A program made the position numbers and the translations under genes. A DNA stretch of 63,621 nucleotides, filler included, from Octopus bimaculoides (lineage: Eukaryota), in assembly GCF_001194135.2 (NCBI RefSeq). It is 4 parts of 4 records of this genome, joined end to end, with 100 filler letters (N's around TTAATTAATTAA, not from the genome) between each part and the next. Parts side by side here need not be neighbours in the genome. Positions count along the whole stretch, not along the records: positions 1 to 23,163 come from NC_069000.1; 3 more parts are not named here. One strand, 5' to 3'. The notes under the pieces were generated by a model. That model was not told where the DNA came from. It made no database searches and saw only the letters and a program-made list of their open reading frames with translations. Shown here in pieces: positions 1-12,489 of the stretch; positions within the stretch are counted from its first letter, which is position 1, and the number at the start of each line of letters is the position of its first letter.

Positions 1-34
<34 letters not shown>

Positions 35-155
35 TATATTTATTTGTATGCACAAATATGTATATATATATGTGTGTGTGCTGTGTGTGTGTGTGAAAAA
101 CAATCATACAGAGCCACTTATGTATATATATTTATGTACACACGCGCGCGCGTGA

Positions 156-201
<46 letters not shown>

Positions 202-388
202 GATATGAATACACATAAGTAGCTCTATATGAATGCCTTTCACATAAACATGCGTTAGTCATTGTAAAGATGGCTCTGCCATTGTGATGCGAGAGATAAG
301 ATGTTTTATCCTATTTAGAGAATATTTGCTGCAAGGCATTGTCATAATCTATTATAATCTGAACGCTATTTTGCATAATTGCGTGTAT

Positions 389-419
<31 letters not shown>

Positions 420-540
420 CGTACGCTTACACATGCAGTTCTGTATATACGACATTCGAGGAATCTTTAATATCATTCGCATGCCTCATTCCGTTGTTCT
501 TACAAGAATGCCAACATCTTTATTTACAGATTTGGTTGAG

Positions 541-597
<57 letters not shown>

Positions 598-712
598 AAT
601 CCATTGTAATCTGATTATGAATTATAGAAAGAGGGGTAATCTAGGAGATTAGTTTCATTTGTAAGTACAAGCGTGGCTGAATATTAACATATGCATGCAT
701 GTATGTGTGTGC

Positions 713-756
<44 letters not shown>

Positions 757-758
<2 letters not shown>

Positions 759-830
759 TGGCACTCCGTCAGTTTTCGACGACGCTGGTCCCAGCTGATA
801 CGATCAATGGAACAGCTTGCTCGTCACTTA
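757..830 (-). mobile_element. SINE family D, 3' tail fragment
   Basis: cgtggcactccgtcag...gatacgatcaatggaacagcttgctcgt appears to be the reverse-oriented end of the family seen at 4618-4750 and 16207-16464; the link rests partly on my recalled consensus. Confidence 0.5.
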
Positions 831-974
831 ACAGGGTATTCAAAAACTGCACCGCAGGCAGATGAACCAGAACAGGCTAGAGACACTCCCCGGAGACAAT
901 CCGATTCCAGATAGGAATCATTTGTGAGTTGAGTCACCGAAGAGTTGAGACTATAAATGAGGGTGCCATGCAGG

Positions 975-1156
975 CACACAGAACGAAATTTAGTTAACAC
1001 GTTGGGCGAAATGCATAGCAGTATTTCGAATGTTGCTACGCTATGAGTTCAAATACCATCGAGGGCGACAAATTAAATACCAGTGAAATACTTGGGTCGA
1101 TGTAATCGACTAGTCCTCTCGCCCAAAATTGCTATCTTTCTGGAAAAATTTGAAAC

Positions 1157-1160
<4 letters not shown>
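975..1160 (+). mobile_element. tRNA-derived SINE family A, diverged copy
   Basis: Shares gagttcaaat (B-box-like), ccagtgaaatact..gggtcgatgtaatcgactagtcc and an (ATT)n tail with the copy at 24783-25000. Confidence 0.7.
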
Positions 1161-1215
<55 letters not shown>

Positions 1216-1425
1216 GGTCGGCGAGCAGGCAGAATCGTTAGTTCGCCGGGCAAAGTGCTTAGCATTATTTTGTCTGCTGCTACGTTCTTCGTTCTAATTC
1301 TGACGAGGTCGACTTTGCCTTTTATCCATTCGGGTCAATAAATTAAGTACCAGTGAAACACTGGGGTCGATGTAATTGACTAGTCCCCTCCGCCAACATA
1401 CCAACGCCTTCTGCCTTCAGTAGAA
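1216..1425 (+). mobile_element. tRNA-derived SINE family A, full-length copy
   Basis: Head ggcgagcaggcagaatcgttag, core gaggtcgactttgcctt..ataaattaagtaccag, end agtagaaa plus repeat tail; colinear with 24783-25000. Confidence 0.85.
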
Positions 1426-1450
1426 ATAATAATAATAATAATAATAATAA

Positions 1451-1481
<31 letters not shown>

Positions 1482-1505
1482 TATTATTATTATTATTATT
1501 ATTAT

Positions 1506-1645
1506 TTCGGCCGAGGTCGACTATGCTTTTCATCCTTTCGGGATCGATATAATAAATACCAATTGAATACTGCTTTCGATTCACTCGACTTACTCCTCCA
1601 GGACGAAATCTCTGGTCTTGTGTCAAAACTTCAAATCACTATTAT
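1506..1645 (+). mobile_element. SINE family A, 5'-truncated copy
   Basis: ccgaggtcgactatgctttcatcctttcggg core followed by an ATT tail. Confidence 0.75.
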
Positions 1646-2734
1646 TATTACTCTAGTTCTTGTTGTTCTTGTTGTTCTTGTTGCTGTCGTTGTTACTATT
1701 GCGTCAATGTAGATACTTTATAACACTTTTCGGTAACAAATACCATTGTCTCTTTTTGTCTTTCTGTTGTTGTTCTTTTTTTTTTCTTTCGTTCTTCTGA
1801 CGTATGGCTGTCGTCTGTACATCACAATACAATACACAACAATATTCATAGGACTTCCATTTAAAACTTGCAGTAAATTATTCATTTGTTCCATTTGAAA
1901 TTATAATTTCATGCTGCGTCATAATACGCCATAATCCCCATCCACAACTCACTATTACGCATTGTTTTAATTCTAATAAAATATAAACCAGACATTTAAA
2001 TTTTATTTGTTTTTTTATTTACGTATTTTTGTATTTTTTTCTGTTTTTTGAGTTATTTGTATCAGTGAAAATGAAATTTCCATATAAATATTTTTTCTCA
2101 TTTGATTATCGTATTTTAAGGTTTATTTTTCATTTTTTATTTTTGTGTGACTCTGACTCTGTTTTCTGTACGTCGTTCATATTTAACTTTTCATGTTTAC
2201 ACTGAGCTCTTGTTTGCCTCCTGACTTTGCATCCGTGCCACGACAGTCATCAGAGGAGTCGTGTTGTTTTATTACTGTTGGGGTTTCAAACTGGTTATCT
2301 ATACATGTGGAATAAATACGAGATGTTTTGTCCTACTCAGAAAATCTAGAAGATCCTTAAGTATAAACAGCTTCGAATGGTACAACAATGCACTATAATA
2401 CAGAGAAAGGGCTATATATCTTTTGTAATTTAGTCACCCATGGTCTGATGATATTTCAGAATAAAATTCCTTCTTCAGATATTTTTAGATGGAGTCGCTA
2501 CTATATCTGACTGCTATATTTACCGTGCCGGTACTACCTGTAGTACCTTCATTACTAATTTATATATATATATATATATATNNNNNNNNNNNNNNNNNNN
2601 NNNNNNNNNNNNNNNNNNNNNNNNNNNNNNNNNNNNTGTATATATATATATATATATATATATACAAGATCATATATATATGCATTTTATGCATCTACGT
2701 GCATGTGAGTTTGTGTTGTCCCTTCCTCGCTTGA

Positions 2735-2870
2735 CAGCTGGTTTTGGTTTCTTTATGAACCCGACGGGCTAAAAAAATTGGTTAGTACTGGGATTGATTG
2801 TTCGACTAAAACATTTCAAGGCACTGCCCCAGCATGACCACAGTCAAATGGTTGTTTACAATTAAAAGAC
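2735..2870 (+). mobile_element. SINE family B, 3' body fragment
   Basis: ttcgactaaa...ccagcatgaccacagtcaaatg...taaaaga matches the end of the copy at 19270-19450. Confidence 0.65.
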
Positions 2871-3744
2871 GGAAGATGAAGACGTATCCCGCATTACATC
2901 GCCGCTCCGAATGATCTTACGAGATTTTGGTGGTTGTTTCTTAAAGGGTGGACATCCATTTAGAGCGTCCTTCATTGACTTGTTCTAAAAGTAATTAATC
3001 TTTGTCAAAGTTTAGGTTATCTTAATAAGTTTCTTTTTTTATACAGTTCGTTCATAAGATCAAATTCTGTTATAATAAAACAGTGTTTACATCAGTTTGA
3101 CAATTATTCATTATCAAACTACTTTTAGAGAGAGAAAAAACCCAGCTTCCATCTCACTGACATTTATAGCACTAGCGGGGGTTATGAAAGTAATATAAAG
3201 GGGAAAGAAAGCTTGCTAATTAGAGCAGTCTAATTTAAGATTACAACTGCCAGAAACAGAAGAAAAAAATCGCGATAATGTGAAATATCAACATTGTTTA
3301 TTAGAAGAAAATTCCACCATTTCTATCTTAGTTTAAACATCCATAAAAATACTACAAGTTTTATGGGAGTTAAAATTACTAAATCGATAAACTCGTTGAA
3401 AGTACAAGAGAAGTAAAAAACTGGTAAACGATTCCATAAATTTGTCATAGAGGTTTCAATACTCTCACTTGTCCAATAACTTTAGGATCTTTCTTATTTT
3501 ATTTTTGGTATATTTTTATTAAGGACGAAGGTTGGGAGGGGTCTCTGTGTGTCTCTTATATTTTTTCATTATTTTTACCTTTCTTCGTTTATATCATATA
3601 ATCTTGAGGAGAAAACTAATCACTCCATACATTGATCTTAAAATGACATAAAAATTATAGGGATGTATATATATGTGTGTTTATGTGTGTGCGTGTGTGT
3701 GCTTGTATGTGTGTGTGTGCGCGCGTGCGCGCGTTACCACACTG

Positions 3745-4196
3745 AAGAACTCTTCAGAAGTCGAAACAATCAATCCCGGTATTTATTGCCTTTTTAGGCT
3801 TGGTAGCTATCATATCTGCCACATTTGCCGAAGCGCTGAGTAACAGGGATGTAATCATACCAACGCCGGATGTCAAGGGGTGGTGGGAAGACAAGGATGG
3901 ACACAAAGACATACAAAGTCACAAGCACAAACACACACACACATACATACTCTTTTACTGTTTTATTCTTTTGTTTCAGTCATTTGACTGCGGCTATGTT
4001 GGAGCACGGCCTTTAATCGTACAAAATCCACACCAAAACTTATTCCTTGTAAGCCTAGTGCTTATACTATCGATGCTCTTTTGCCAAAACGCTAAGTTAC
4101 GGGGACGTAAACGCACCAACATCGGTTCTCAGGTGATGGTGGGCCGGCAAACACGGACACAAACATATACGTATATATGAATATATATATATATAT
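3745..4196 (-). mobile_element. Two adjacent SINE family B 3' bodies (3745-3910 and 3950-4196)
   Basis: tttcagtcatttgactgcggc, gtaagcctagt, gctaagttacggggacgtaaac..ccaacatcggtt are colinear with 51950-52160. Confidence 0.75.
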
Positions 4197-4523
4197 ANNN
4201 NNNNNNNNNNNNNNNNNNNNNNNNNNNNNNNNNNNNNNNNNNNNNNNNNNNNNNNNNNNNNNNNNNNNNNNNNNNNNNNNNNNNNNNNNNNNNNNNNNNN
4301 NNNNNNNNNNNNNNNNNNNNNNNNNNNNNNNNNNNNNNNNNNNNNNNNNNNNNNNNNNNNNNNNNNNNNNNNNNNNNNNNNNNNNNNNNNNNNNNNNNNN
4401 NNNNNNNNNNNNNNNNNNNNNNNNNNNNNNNNNNNNNNNNNNNNNNNNNNNNNNNNNNNNNNNNNNNNNNNNNNNNNNNNNNNNNNNNNNNNNNNNNNNN
4501 NNNNNNNNNNNNNNNNNNNNNNN

Positions 4524-4566
<43 letters not shown>

Positions 4567-4617
4567 AATATATACATATTGCTCCATATCCAGCAGTATC
4601 TGGTATTTGATATGCGT

Positions 4618-4750
4618 TCCTTGTCATACTCGGCGCCACACTGATTCCTCCTGAAAACTTTGTTAAGAGTACTTGTGTCTGTAGAGTGCTAGGCCACTTG
4701 CACGACCAATTTACCGGATCAACTTGAAACCACGCCCTCGTAACACATTC
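4618..4750 (+). mobile_element. SINE family D, 3' part
   Basis: ccttgtcatact..ctgattcctcctgaaaactttgttaag overlaps the end of the 16207-16464 copy (ccttgtcacact..ctgaatatcccccgagaactacgt). Confidence 0.6.
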
Positions 4751-4770
4751 AGATCCAGTAATATATATGT

Positions 4771-4811
<41 letters not shown>

Positions 4812-4869
4812 TTCGAGGGATTTGACACAACTTCCACTCTTTTCACTCAGGAGACTCTTGTCTACGCAG

Positions 4870-4960
4870 ACAACACTTGAATATATTTGCCGAAGTGCCC
4901 GAGTAATGGAATTGAACCCAAAAGTTGTCGATTAGCAAACAAATCTTATAACCATACACA
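4870..4960 (-). mobile_element. SINE family B head, diverged
   Basis: aattgaaccc (reverse B-box-like) and ttataaccatac resemble the head at 52300-52377. Confidence 0.5.
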
Positions 4961-5600
4961 TATACCCTCGCCAGTATTCATATATTAAATTATATTATAT
5001 TATATTTACTTTTTTAAAAGAAAAATAATTTAATTTATTTGTATTTCTTCCCTTTTACTGTTTTCAACCTAATAAATTTAACAAGAGTATGTCATTAGAT
5101 TTTTAAATGCCAGATAAATCAGTAAAGCTCTTTGAATTCAATTCTGTTCATAATTATTTCCGTTTCTATTCTGTTTTTTTTTTTTGTGGGTTCTTTACTA
5201 TTTTTCGTTTTTTTGTTTAGAATGGTTATATAGTGTGCCATATATATTTTCAGAACACAAGAAAATAATTCTGCTTTTTATTAAGGGTGAGGGGATATTT
5301 TATTGCAGTTTTTTTCTTTCTTTTCATCGTTTTATACATTTATTATTATTTATATTTTTTTCCGCAACTAATTCAACGGTGATGAATATTAATCTACGAA
5401 ATTAATATTCCTTGTTTGATCTATATTTACAATTAATTTTAAATTTAGATATTTAATTTTTTTAATTGGATTTACATAATGATTTATTTTCGGTAATTAT
5501 TTATTCAAGAGAAGTGATAACATAAAAGGGAGGCATTGTTCTACTTCTTGGGTGAGAGTTTTGTCAACTCTTTCACAGTACATATTTAGAATAAATAAGC

Positions 5601-5676
5601 ACTACACATTATGGCGTAGTAGTTAAAAGCGCGGGCTACTAACCCCTATGATTCCGAGTTCGATTCCAGGCAGTGA

Positions 5677-5723
<47 letters not shown>

Positions 5724-5900
5724 TCGAAAAATACCTTAGGAATGAGAACCCAGGTTCGAAATTTCCCCCAAGACACCTGATGAAGGCTGAAGGGTATATC
5801 AGCCAAAACCTTGTGTTAACAACAAACAAGATGAGGACAAATATCCTTCAAATGTAAATAATGTACATAATTCCTCATCTCTTAAGTATAGAACTCTACC
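5601..5900 (+). mobile_element. tRNA-headed SINE family E with internal (AAT)n and a hammerhead-like 3' body
   Basis: A-box-like tggcgtagtag (5612), B-box gagttcgattcc (~5656), (AAT)n 5681-5720, hammerhead-like motif 5772-5817. Confidence 0.7.
5772..5817 (+). ncRNA. Degenerate type I hammerhead ribozyme motif
   Basis: gacac / CTGATGA a / ggctga-loop-tcagcc / AAAA cctt / gtgtt. Stems I and II pair; G12 is A and stem III is mismatched, so this copy is probably inactive. Confidence 0.5.
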
Positions 5901-6015
5901 TCTCACTNNNNNNNNNNNNNNNNNNNNNNNNNNNNNNNNNNNNNNNNNNNNNNNNNNNNNNNNNNNNNNNNNNNNNNNNNNNNNNNNNNNNNNNNNNNNT
6001 ATATATATATATATA

Positions 6016-6105
6016 TCGCTAGAGGTGTAGTTGTGCGTTAAGAAGTTTGCGTCCCAACCACGTGGTTCCGGGTTTAGTCCCACTGCGTGGCACCTTGGAC
6101 AAGCG
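6016..6105 (+). mobile_element. SINE family B head, interrupted
   Basis: ttaagaagtttgcgtcccaaccacgtggttccgggtttagtcccactgcgtggcaccttggacaag corresponds to the reverse complement of 52290-52370. Confidence 0.8.
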
Positions 6106-6109
6106 TCTG

Positions 6110-6615
6110 TATGTATGTACGTCTCCTATTTTCTAAATATTATAAATATTCCACTGAGAAGGGACCCGGTTTCCAACAAAGATACAAGGCTCCATCTTTG
6201 GGAAGTAGTTAACACAGACTAATTCGCATTCGGAACTTGTGAAAAGTTTTGCATATTTTTACTGTTCCACTCACAGATTGCACTTGAATTGTACGAATCA
6301 GCCGGTCAATTTCTCTTTCTGAAAATCCCAGTTTAGCCGGATTCTCCTTTAAGCATTTACTTACAAAACCTAGTGCTCCAATTATTATTGGTATGCATAT
6401 GAATTCATAGTCTGGATATAGAAGCTGGAGGTTTCGAAGTAGTTATCCATAGATATCCTCTTTATCTTTGATTTTCAGTTAACCTCTATGATGGTACATA
6501 CCCTTGTCCCTCTGTCCCAAACAACAATAACCGGCCTGTTATGCTTACATAATATTCCAGCAGTATTCCTCGAGCTGGTGTTTATGAATGTATTCCATAG
6601 CAGAGGGATTTCATA
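6110..6615 (-). mobile_element. Non-LTR retrotransposon 3' end encoding a restriction-like endonuclease (frameshifted)
   Basis: Manual translation: KHNRPVIVVWDRGTRVCTIIEV.../LRNLQLLYPDYEFICIPIIIGALGFVSKCLKE...VSGTVKICKTF, stop at 6219-6221. Fits the PD..D/ExK RLE layout (HNRPD and IPIIIGALG motifs). Confidence 0.75.
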
Positions 6616-6776
6616 AGTTTATTTCAGAACAGTTTTTTTTTTTTTTGGCTGATGGCATTGTAAATTGTTTCAGCAACAACATCGTGCCGCATAGGTGGTT
6701 ACTACCGTGACGCCATTTTAGGACAGCTGCTAATCACATGCGTATGTATATATGTGTGAATTTCTCTCTCTCACTT

Positions 6777-6809
<33 letters not shown>

Positions 6810-7630
6810 ATATATGAAGGGTGTGTTGCAGAGAAAGCAGACACAGAACCACGGGTGCACACGTTTTTAGTTATGCATCCGCTCATACAATCGTCGACAG
6901 ATACAAAGACACACAGATGTATAAATATATTCACAAATATACAAATGTTTGTATGTGTGCGTGGTAGTCCACATGCATGTGTGTGTATGTCTATATGTGT
7001 GCGTGCATGACTCTGTATGTGCCTCTGTCTGTACCACGCAAATTTTGAATGTGTTTGTTTTATAAAAGCAACTACGGAAACAGTTTAAAAATAAATGAAA
7101 TATAACGATGTAACGATGAAAATGTGATAATCAAAATGACTATTAGATTTTCACATTTGTTAAAATATAGCATTATCTCACTAAACAAAATTAATATCGT
7201 CAAGCATTATAACACCATGAAGTAGCATAATATAATAATTGAGAAATGAATATGAAATTATAATAAGCATATTTAAATAAGAAATATTTCCAGTCTGTTG
7301 AAACACGTGTTGGTGCGGAGAACAAAATTAAAACTGAAGAAAATGAAATTCTGTCACACAAAGCTGTTTAAATTAACAGAATGTTATAATGGAATTGAAA
7401 AAAAAATCGCTAGATTAAAATCAATATGTTGTGTGTGAGTGTGTGCGTGTGTGCGTGGGTATGTGTGCGTAATGTGTGAGTGTGTGCGTTTGCGTGTGTG
7501 TATGTGCGTGTGTGTGTGAGCATGTATGAGTGTGTTCACGTGTGTGTGTGTGTGAGTGTGTGTGCATGTGTGTATGTACGTGTGTGCGTATGTGTGTGTG
7601 CGTGTGTGTGTGTGTGAATGTGTGCGTGTC

Positions 7631-7800
7631 AAAGCGGTGAGCTGGCAGAGCTGTTAGCACACCAGATAAAATGCATAGCAATATTTCTTCCGTCTTTATG
7701 TTTTGAGTTCAAATTCCACCGTGGTCGACTTTTCCCTTCATCGTTTCCGAGTTGAATAAAATAAGTCCAATTTGAGCACTGGCGTTGTTGCAATCGACTT
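7631..7800 (+). mobile_element. SINE family A
   Basis: gcggtgagctggcagagctgttagcac...gagttcaaattccaccgtggtcgact. Confidence 0.8.
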
Positions 7801-8029
7801 CATCAATTTTAAAAACCGAATGTCGTTGTAAGACCTGACTAAACATAGCAAAGGTGAGAAGCTATAAACGCATCTAACATACAGAAAATCTGAACGGAAC
7901 GATACAGAAAACAGTCTGTTCTCAAACAGAACAACAACAACAAAACAGAGAGAACCAAAGGTCAGTGGTCAACGTAGACTTCTGAATTTCGCCATCTTTA
8001 CGCATATTTTATTGCAATAAATCTATATA

Positions 8030-8084
<55 letters not shown>

Positions 8085-8268
8085 TTCATTTTCCTCATCA
8101 TCAGCACCATTATCATCACCATCGTCTCCATCATCGTCATCATCATAATCGTTGTTGTCGTCATCGTCGACATCATTATTATAGTTTAAGATTTCTATTA
8201 TTATTCTTTCTTTATATTTATTTTAACTTTTTGGGGGTTGATTTTATTTTAATGCTTCTTTCCTCTCT

Positions 8269-8325
<57 letters not shown>

Positions 8326-8709
8326 ATTTTTCTGACTGAGACCTCGGATTTCTTAAACCTAAGAGGTCAAAATAGGTCATGAAATTGACATTACCAATTT
8401 GAATTAACACATACACAAAAACACACACAAACGCACGCGCACACACACACACGAAGCACAACACCTACACACATTTCCATAATATTACACTCGGCAGTTA
8501 AAGTTAGATCGGTTGCTAGCTCACAGCTGCGTTCTCACTTTCTTCACGGAGACATTGATAATATGAACGGCAGCCCATGAATGACCATTTTTACACCAAA
8601 CAAACAGTATAAAAATCGACTGTACATTAAATCACACATGAAAACATTCATTGAGACACACGGCGACGCCACACATACAAAGACGCACACACACATATAT
8701 ATATTTAAC

Positions 8710-8753
<44 letters not shown>

Positions 8754-9823
8754 TGTCCTCGAACTTATTTACACATCAATGCTGTAATGTCTCGACTTCT
8801 CACCCACCTTCTTTCATTCATATTTGTGTTTGTATACATCTACATANNNNNNNNNNNNNNNNNNNNNNNNNNNNNNNNNNNNNNNNNNNNNNNNNNNNNN
8901 NNNNNNNNNNNNNNNNNNNNNNNNNNNNNNNNNNNNNNNNNNNNNNNNNNNNNNNNNNNNNNNNNNNNNNNNNNNNNNNNNNNNNNNNNNNNNNNNNNNN
9001 NNNNNNNNNNNNNNNNNNNNNNNNNNNNNNNNNNNNNNNNNNNNNNNNNNNNNNNNNNNNNNNNNNNNNNNNNNNNNNNNNNNNNNNNNNNNNNNNNNNN
9101 NNNNNNNNNNNNNNNNNNNNNNNNNNNNNNNNNNNNNNNNNNNNNNNNNNNNNNNNNNNNNNNNNNNNNNNNNNNNNNNNNNNNNNNNNNNNNNNNNNNN
9201 NNNNTGTATATATATACCTATACATATATACGTATATATATATATATACGTATATATGTATAGGTATATATATACATAAATATATATATATTTATGTATA
9301 TGTATGTATGTATATTTGTCTATACACATACACACACACATATATATCCACATCTATATCTATATCTATGTATGTATATATGTGTGTGGGGGGGATATGT
9401 GTATGTGTGCGTAAAACATAGAATACAGGAAGACATTAATTTGACGAAAATTCAGATCACTAACTCCATTGAAAACGTATGCAAAAATATTGAAGCAAGC
9501 GTTCAAATACGACCATCAAAATATAGTTCAACAGATGCGGAAATATTCGAACATAACCTCGGATGAACTTCTCTCATGAACATTCAAAAAGGTTATGTTT
9601 TGACAAAAACTCTAATAGGAGAAAATACGCATTCTGGAATATGTTGAAAAGCAATAACAAAATAGACATTTACGAACGCTGGATAACTTCAAACCCGCTG
9701 ATATGTCCGAGGAAAGTGCAACTCAATCCAACTCCAGAAGAACTTGGACGACAAATAAGTATGCGGCAGAATATATTTCTGGGTAAATTGCAAAATATGT
9801 TTGTGTTATTGAAGGTGAGTGCA

Positions 9824-10010
9824 TAGGATAGGGCGCTGAAAAGTTCCTGGCTTTGTGTCACGGGAAATACAGAAGGATCAGATAATTGAGTTTGCCACTC
9901 AGGTTCACACATGTATTGCAGCGGTTCTTCAGATTATTTTCTAATCACTGTTAAAGGACTCGGATGGCGGAGTCTCTAACCAGGCGTTTTGCGACACCCT
10001 TAAAACCAGA
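9824..10010 (-). mobile_element. Mariner-derived non-autonomous element; right TIR largely replaced by (ATGT)n
   Basis: Left end gggcgctgaaaagttcctggcttt; partial inverse aaaaccagaa at ~10002; minus frame KNRCNTCVNLSG resembles the mariner transposase C-terminus (RWxKCIxxxGxY). Confidence 0.6.
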
Positions 10011-10720
10011 ATGTATGTATGTATGTATGTATGTATGTATGTATGTATGTATGTATGTATGTATGTATGTATGTATGTATACAGAAGAGAAAGAGAGGAT
10101 CGGAATGTAACACGTGTGTCGGTAAGAATTTGACGAATATTTTCCTTTTATCGTTTAGCCAGATTGGGATAAGTATAATGTTAATTGATTAAGGTTACAT
10201 AAGAGATTCTTTGCTGTAAGCGGATTAATTATCGCACATATATGACAGGAGAAAGTATATGGATACCTTAGTCTAATAGCTAGCAGGTGGAAATCAAAAT
10301 GTAACGTAAACTAGAATATATACGTCGAAATTGGTATGCGCTTCGTATGATAATAAATAAAGGTACAATCTTTAGTATGTCACTCTCTTATTAATATATA
10401 GACAGAGATAGTGAGATAGAGGGAGAGATGTATAGATTAATTTGTGCTCCTGGAACAGCGTTATATTAAAATAACGTTGTGTAGAACATAAATAATACTT
10501 ATTCAAACAGGGAATGGCAGCAGCTGTAATATTATGGCTCAGAGCACATTCTCAAAGATTCTGGTATCATAAAATGCACAGGGCTTCCTCAGAATATTTT
10601 CCGCGAATCGTTTGTTTCCTCAGTCACGAGATTTGTGGTAAAAATTTAGAGTTCCTACGTATTCATATTTGTATATGCATTTTGAATTTATGCACATCGT
10701 TTATACATAAATACATACAT

Positions 10721-10770
<50 letters not shown>

Positions 10771-10982
10771 GTGTGTGTGTTGTGCGTTATTATCAAGCCG
10801 GCAAAATACTTCATGAGCTCTCTGTTGACAGACCAGGCTAACAATATTTTGGTAGAATCCTGAATTATGTTTCATCACGATTCTATATTGTAAATCCGTG
10901 GATCTGGTCCAGATAAACAGAGTGGAATACATAAGACACAAGTTAAAAACAATAAAGCAAATATTGCTTACAACTGTTTCTA

Positions 10983-11121
10983 GTTGTACTTAATTCATCG
11001 ACCCCGAAGGGATGAAACTCCAAGTCAACCTCGGCGGAATTTGAACTCAGAACGTAACGACAGACAAAATACCGCAAAACATTTCACCCGGAGTGCTAAC
11101 CTTTCTGCCTGCTCGCCGCCT
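10983..11121 (-). mobile_element. SINE family A
   Basis: tcgaccccgaagggatgaaa..caacctcggcggaatttgaactcag...tctgcctgctcgccgcc. Confidence 0.85.
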
Positions 11122-11850
11122 CACATATATATTTATATGCATATATATATATATATATATANNNNNNNNNNNNNNNNNNNNNNNNNNNNNNNNNNNNNNN
11201 NNNNNNNNNNNNNNNNNNNNNNNNNNNNNNNNNNNNNNNNNNCATACACACACATGTTCATACATACATGCAAGCATATATATATACATGTATACACATA
11301 AAAACATACATATATACATACATACATACATACATGCATAGCTACATACGTACATGTCTTCAAATATCGTGCTGTCTTAATTAGTATAATCTTTGCAAAT
11401 TTTATGATTTTATGATCGATGTGTTGGGATTAGAGGTGCTGGAGATACATCTGGATATAATAACTGAGCACTTATTGTTATTTCTCTGTCTAAATAAAAT
11501 GGAATTATCATATTATATATTTACATCATGGCCCATCGTCTGGATGCGGAAATTAAATAATAAAAATCAAAATGTAGATGATCAGGATGGAAACATTATA
11601 GAATATAATTTGCGTGCGATGGAAGAGACAACAAGTCGAATGTTTAGTCTGGAGCCATTCTCTGTCTGTCCTTAACGCTAAGTACCATGGGTTTGTTTTG
11701 TTGAGATGTGTTGATTAAAACTTCCATTATGGAAACCTTCAACTTCTGCATAATCCAGTTCATTGTGAAAATGCATAAATTCGCTTACACAGCAAATCAT
11801 AGAATGTTCATCGTACATTCTTTCTTTCTCTCTCCCTCACTCCCTATGTG

Positions 11851-11936
<86 letters not shown>

Positions 11937-12169
11937 TGTGCGTGTGTGTGTGTGCGTGTGTGTACACAGACGCACGCGTGCCCATGCACGTTCAGGCCAG
12001 CGTCCAATTGACTGTTTTGCAGTAATCATCGTCGCTTTGTACGGCCAGGTTTCAAATTCACCTGAGCTAATCTTTGTTTTTCACCCGATTAGAGTCGATA
12101 AAATGCCAGCCCTGTATCAAGGCAATCCGGTCTGAGGGGCCTATATTTCCGCCTATCCACAAGCTTGTA

Positions 12170-12290
12170 GTGGTACTTTTTTGTCAACCCCGAGTGGATC
12201 AAAGACAAAGTTGAGCTCGGCAGAATTGCAATTCAGAGCGTAGGATGTCAGAACATACACTGTGAATGATTGTGTCAGACGCTCTACAGA
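12170..12290 (-). mobile_element. SINE family A, diverged fragment
   Basis: caaccccgagtggatcaaagacaaagttgagctcggcagaatt. Confidence 0.55.
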
Positions 12291-12456
12291 TTCAGATTGC
12301 TCCATGTATAAAACTTAGCTGTTGAAAATACTAAGTGTTGCGTTCGGTGGGTAGAACCTTATTGAAACGTCATTACTAGTGCAGATCCGGCTGGGCTAAT
12401 GATGTGATCTATGGGTTTACACACACTCTCTCTCTTTCTCTCTCTCTCTCTCTTTA

Positions 12457-12489
<33 letters not shown>

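Noticed and set aside
830-930. Exon ttaacag...gtgagt (GIQKLHRRQMNQNRLETLPGDNPIPDRNH)
   Set aside because: Lies between SINE fragments, weak acceptor, no homology recognised.
5611-5678. tRNA gene
   Set aside because: A and B boxes are present but the acceptor and anticodon stems pair poorly, and it continues into a SINE body.
8333-8392. Hammerhead-like ctgactga-gacctc...gaggtc-aaaa
   Set aside because: Both core boxes deviate and stem I does not form.
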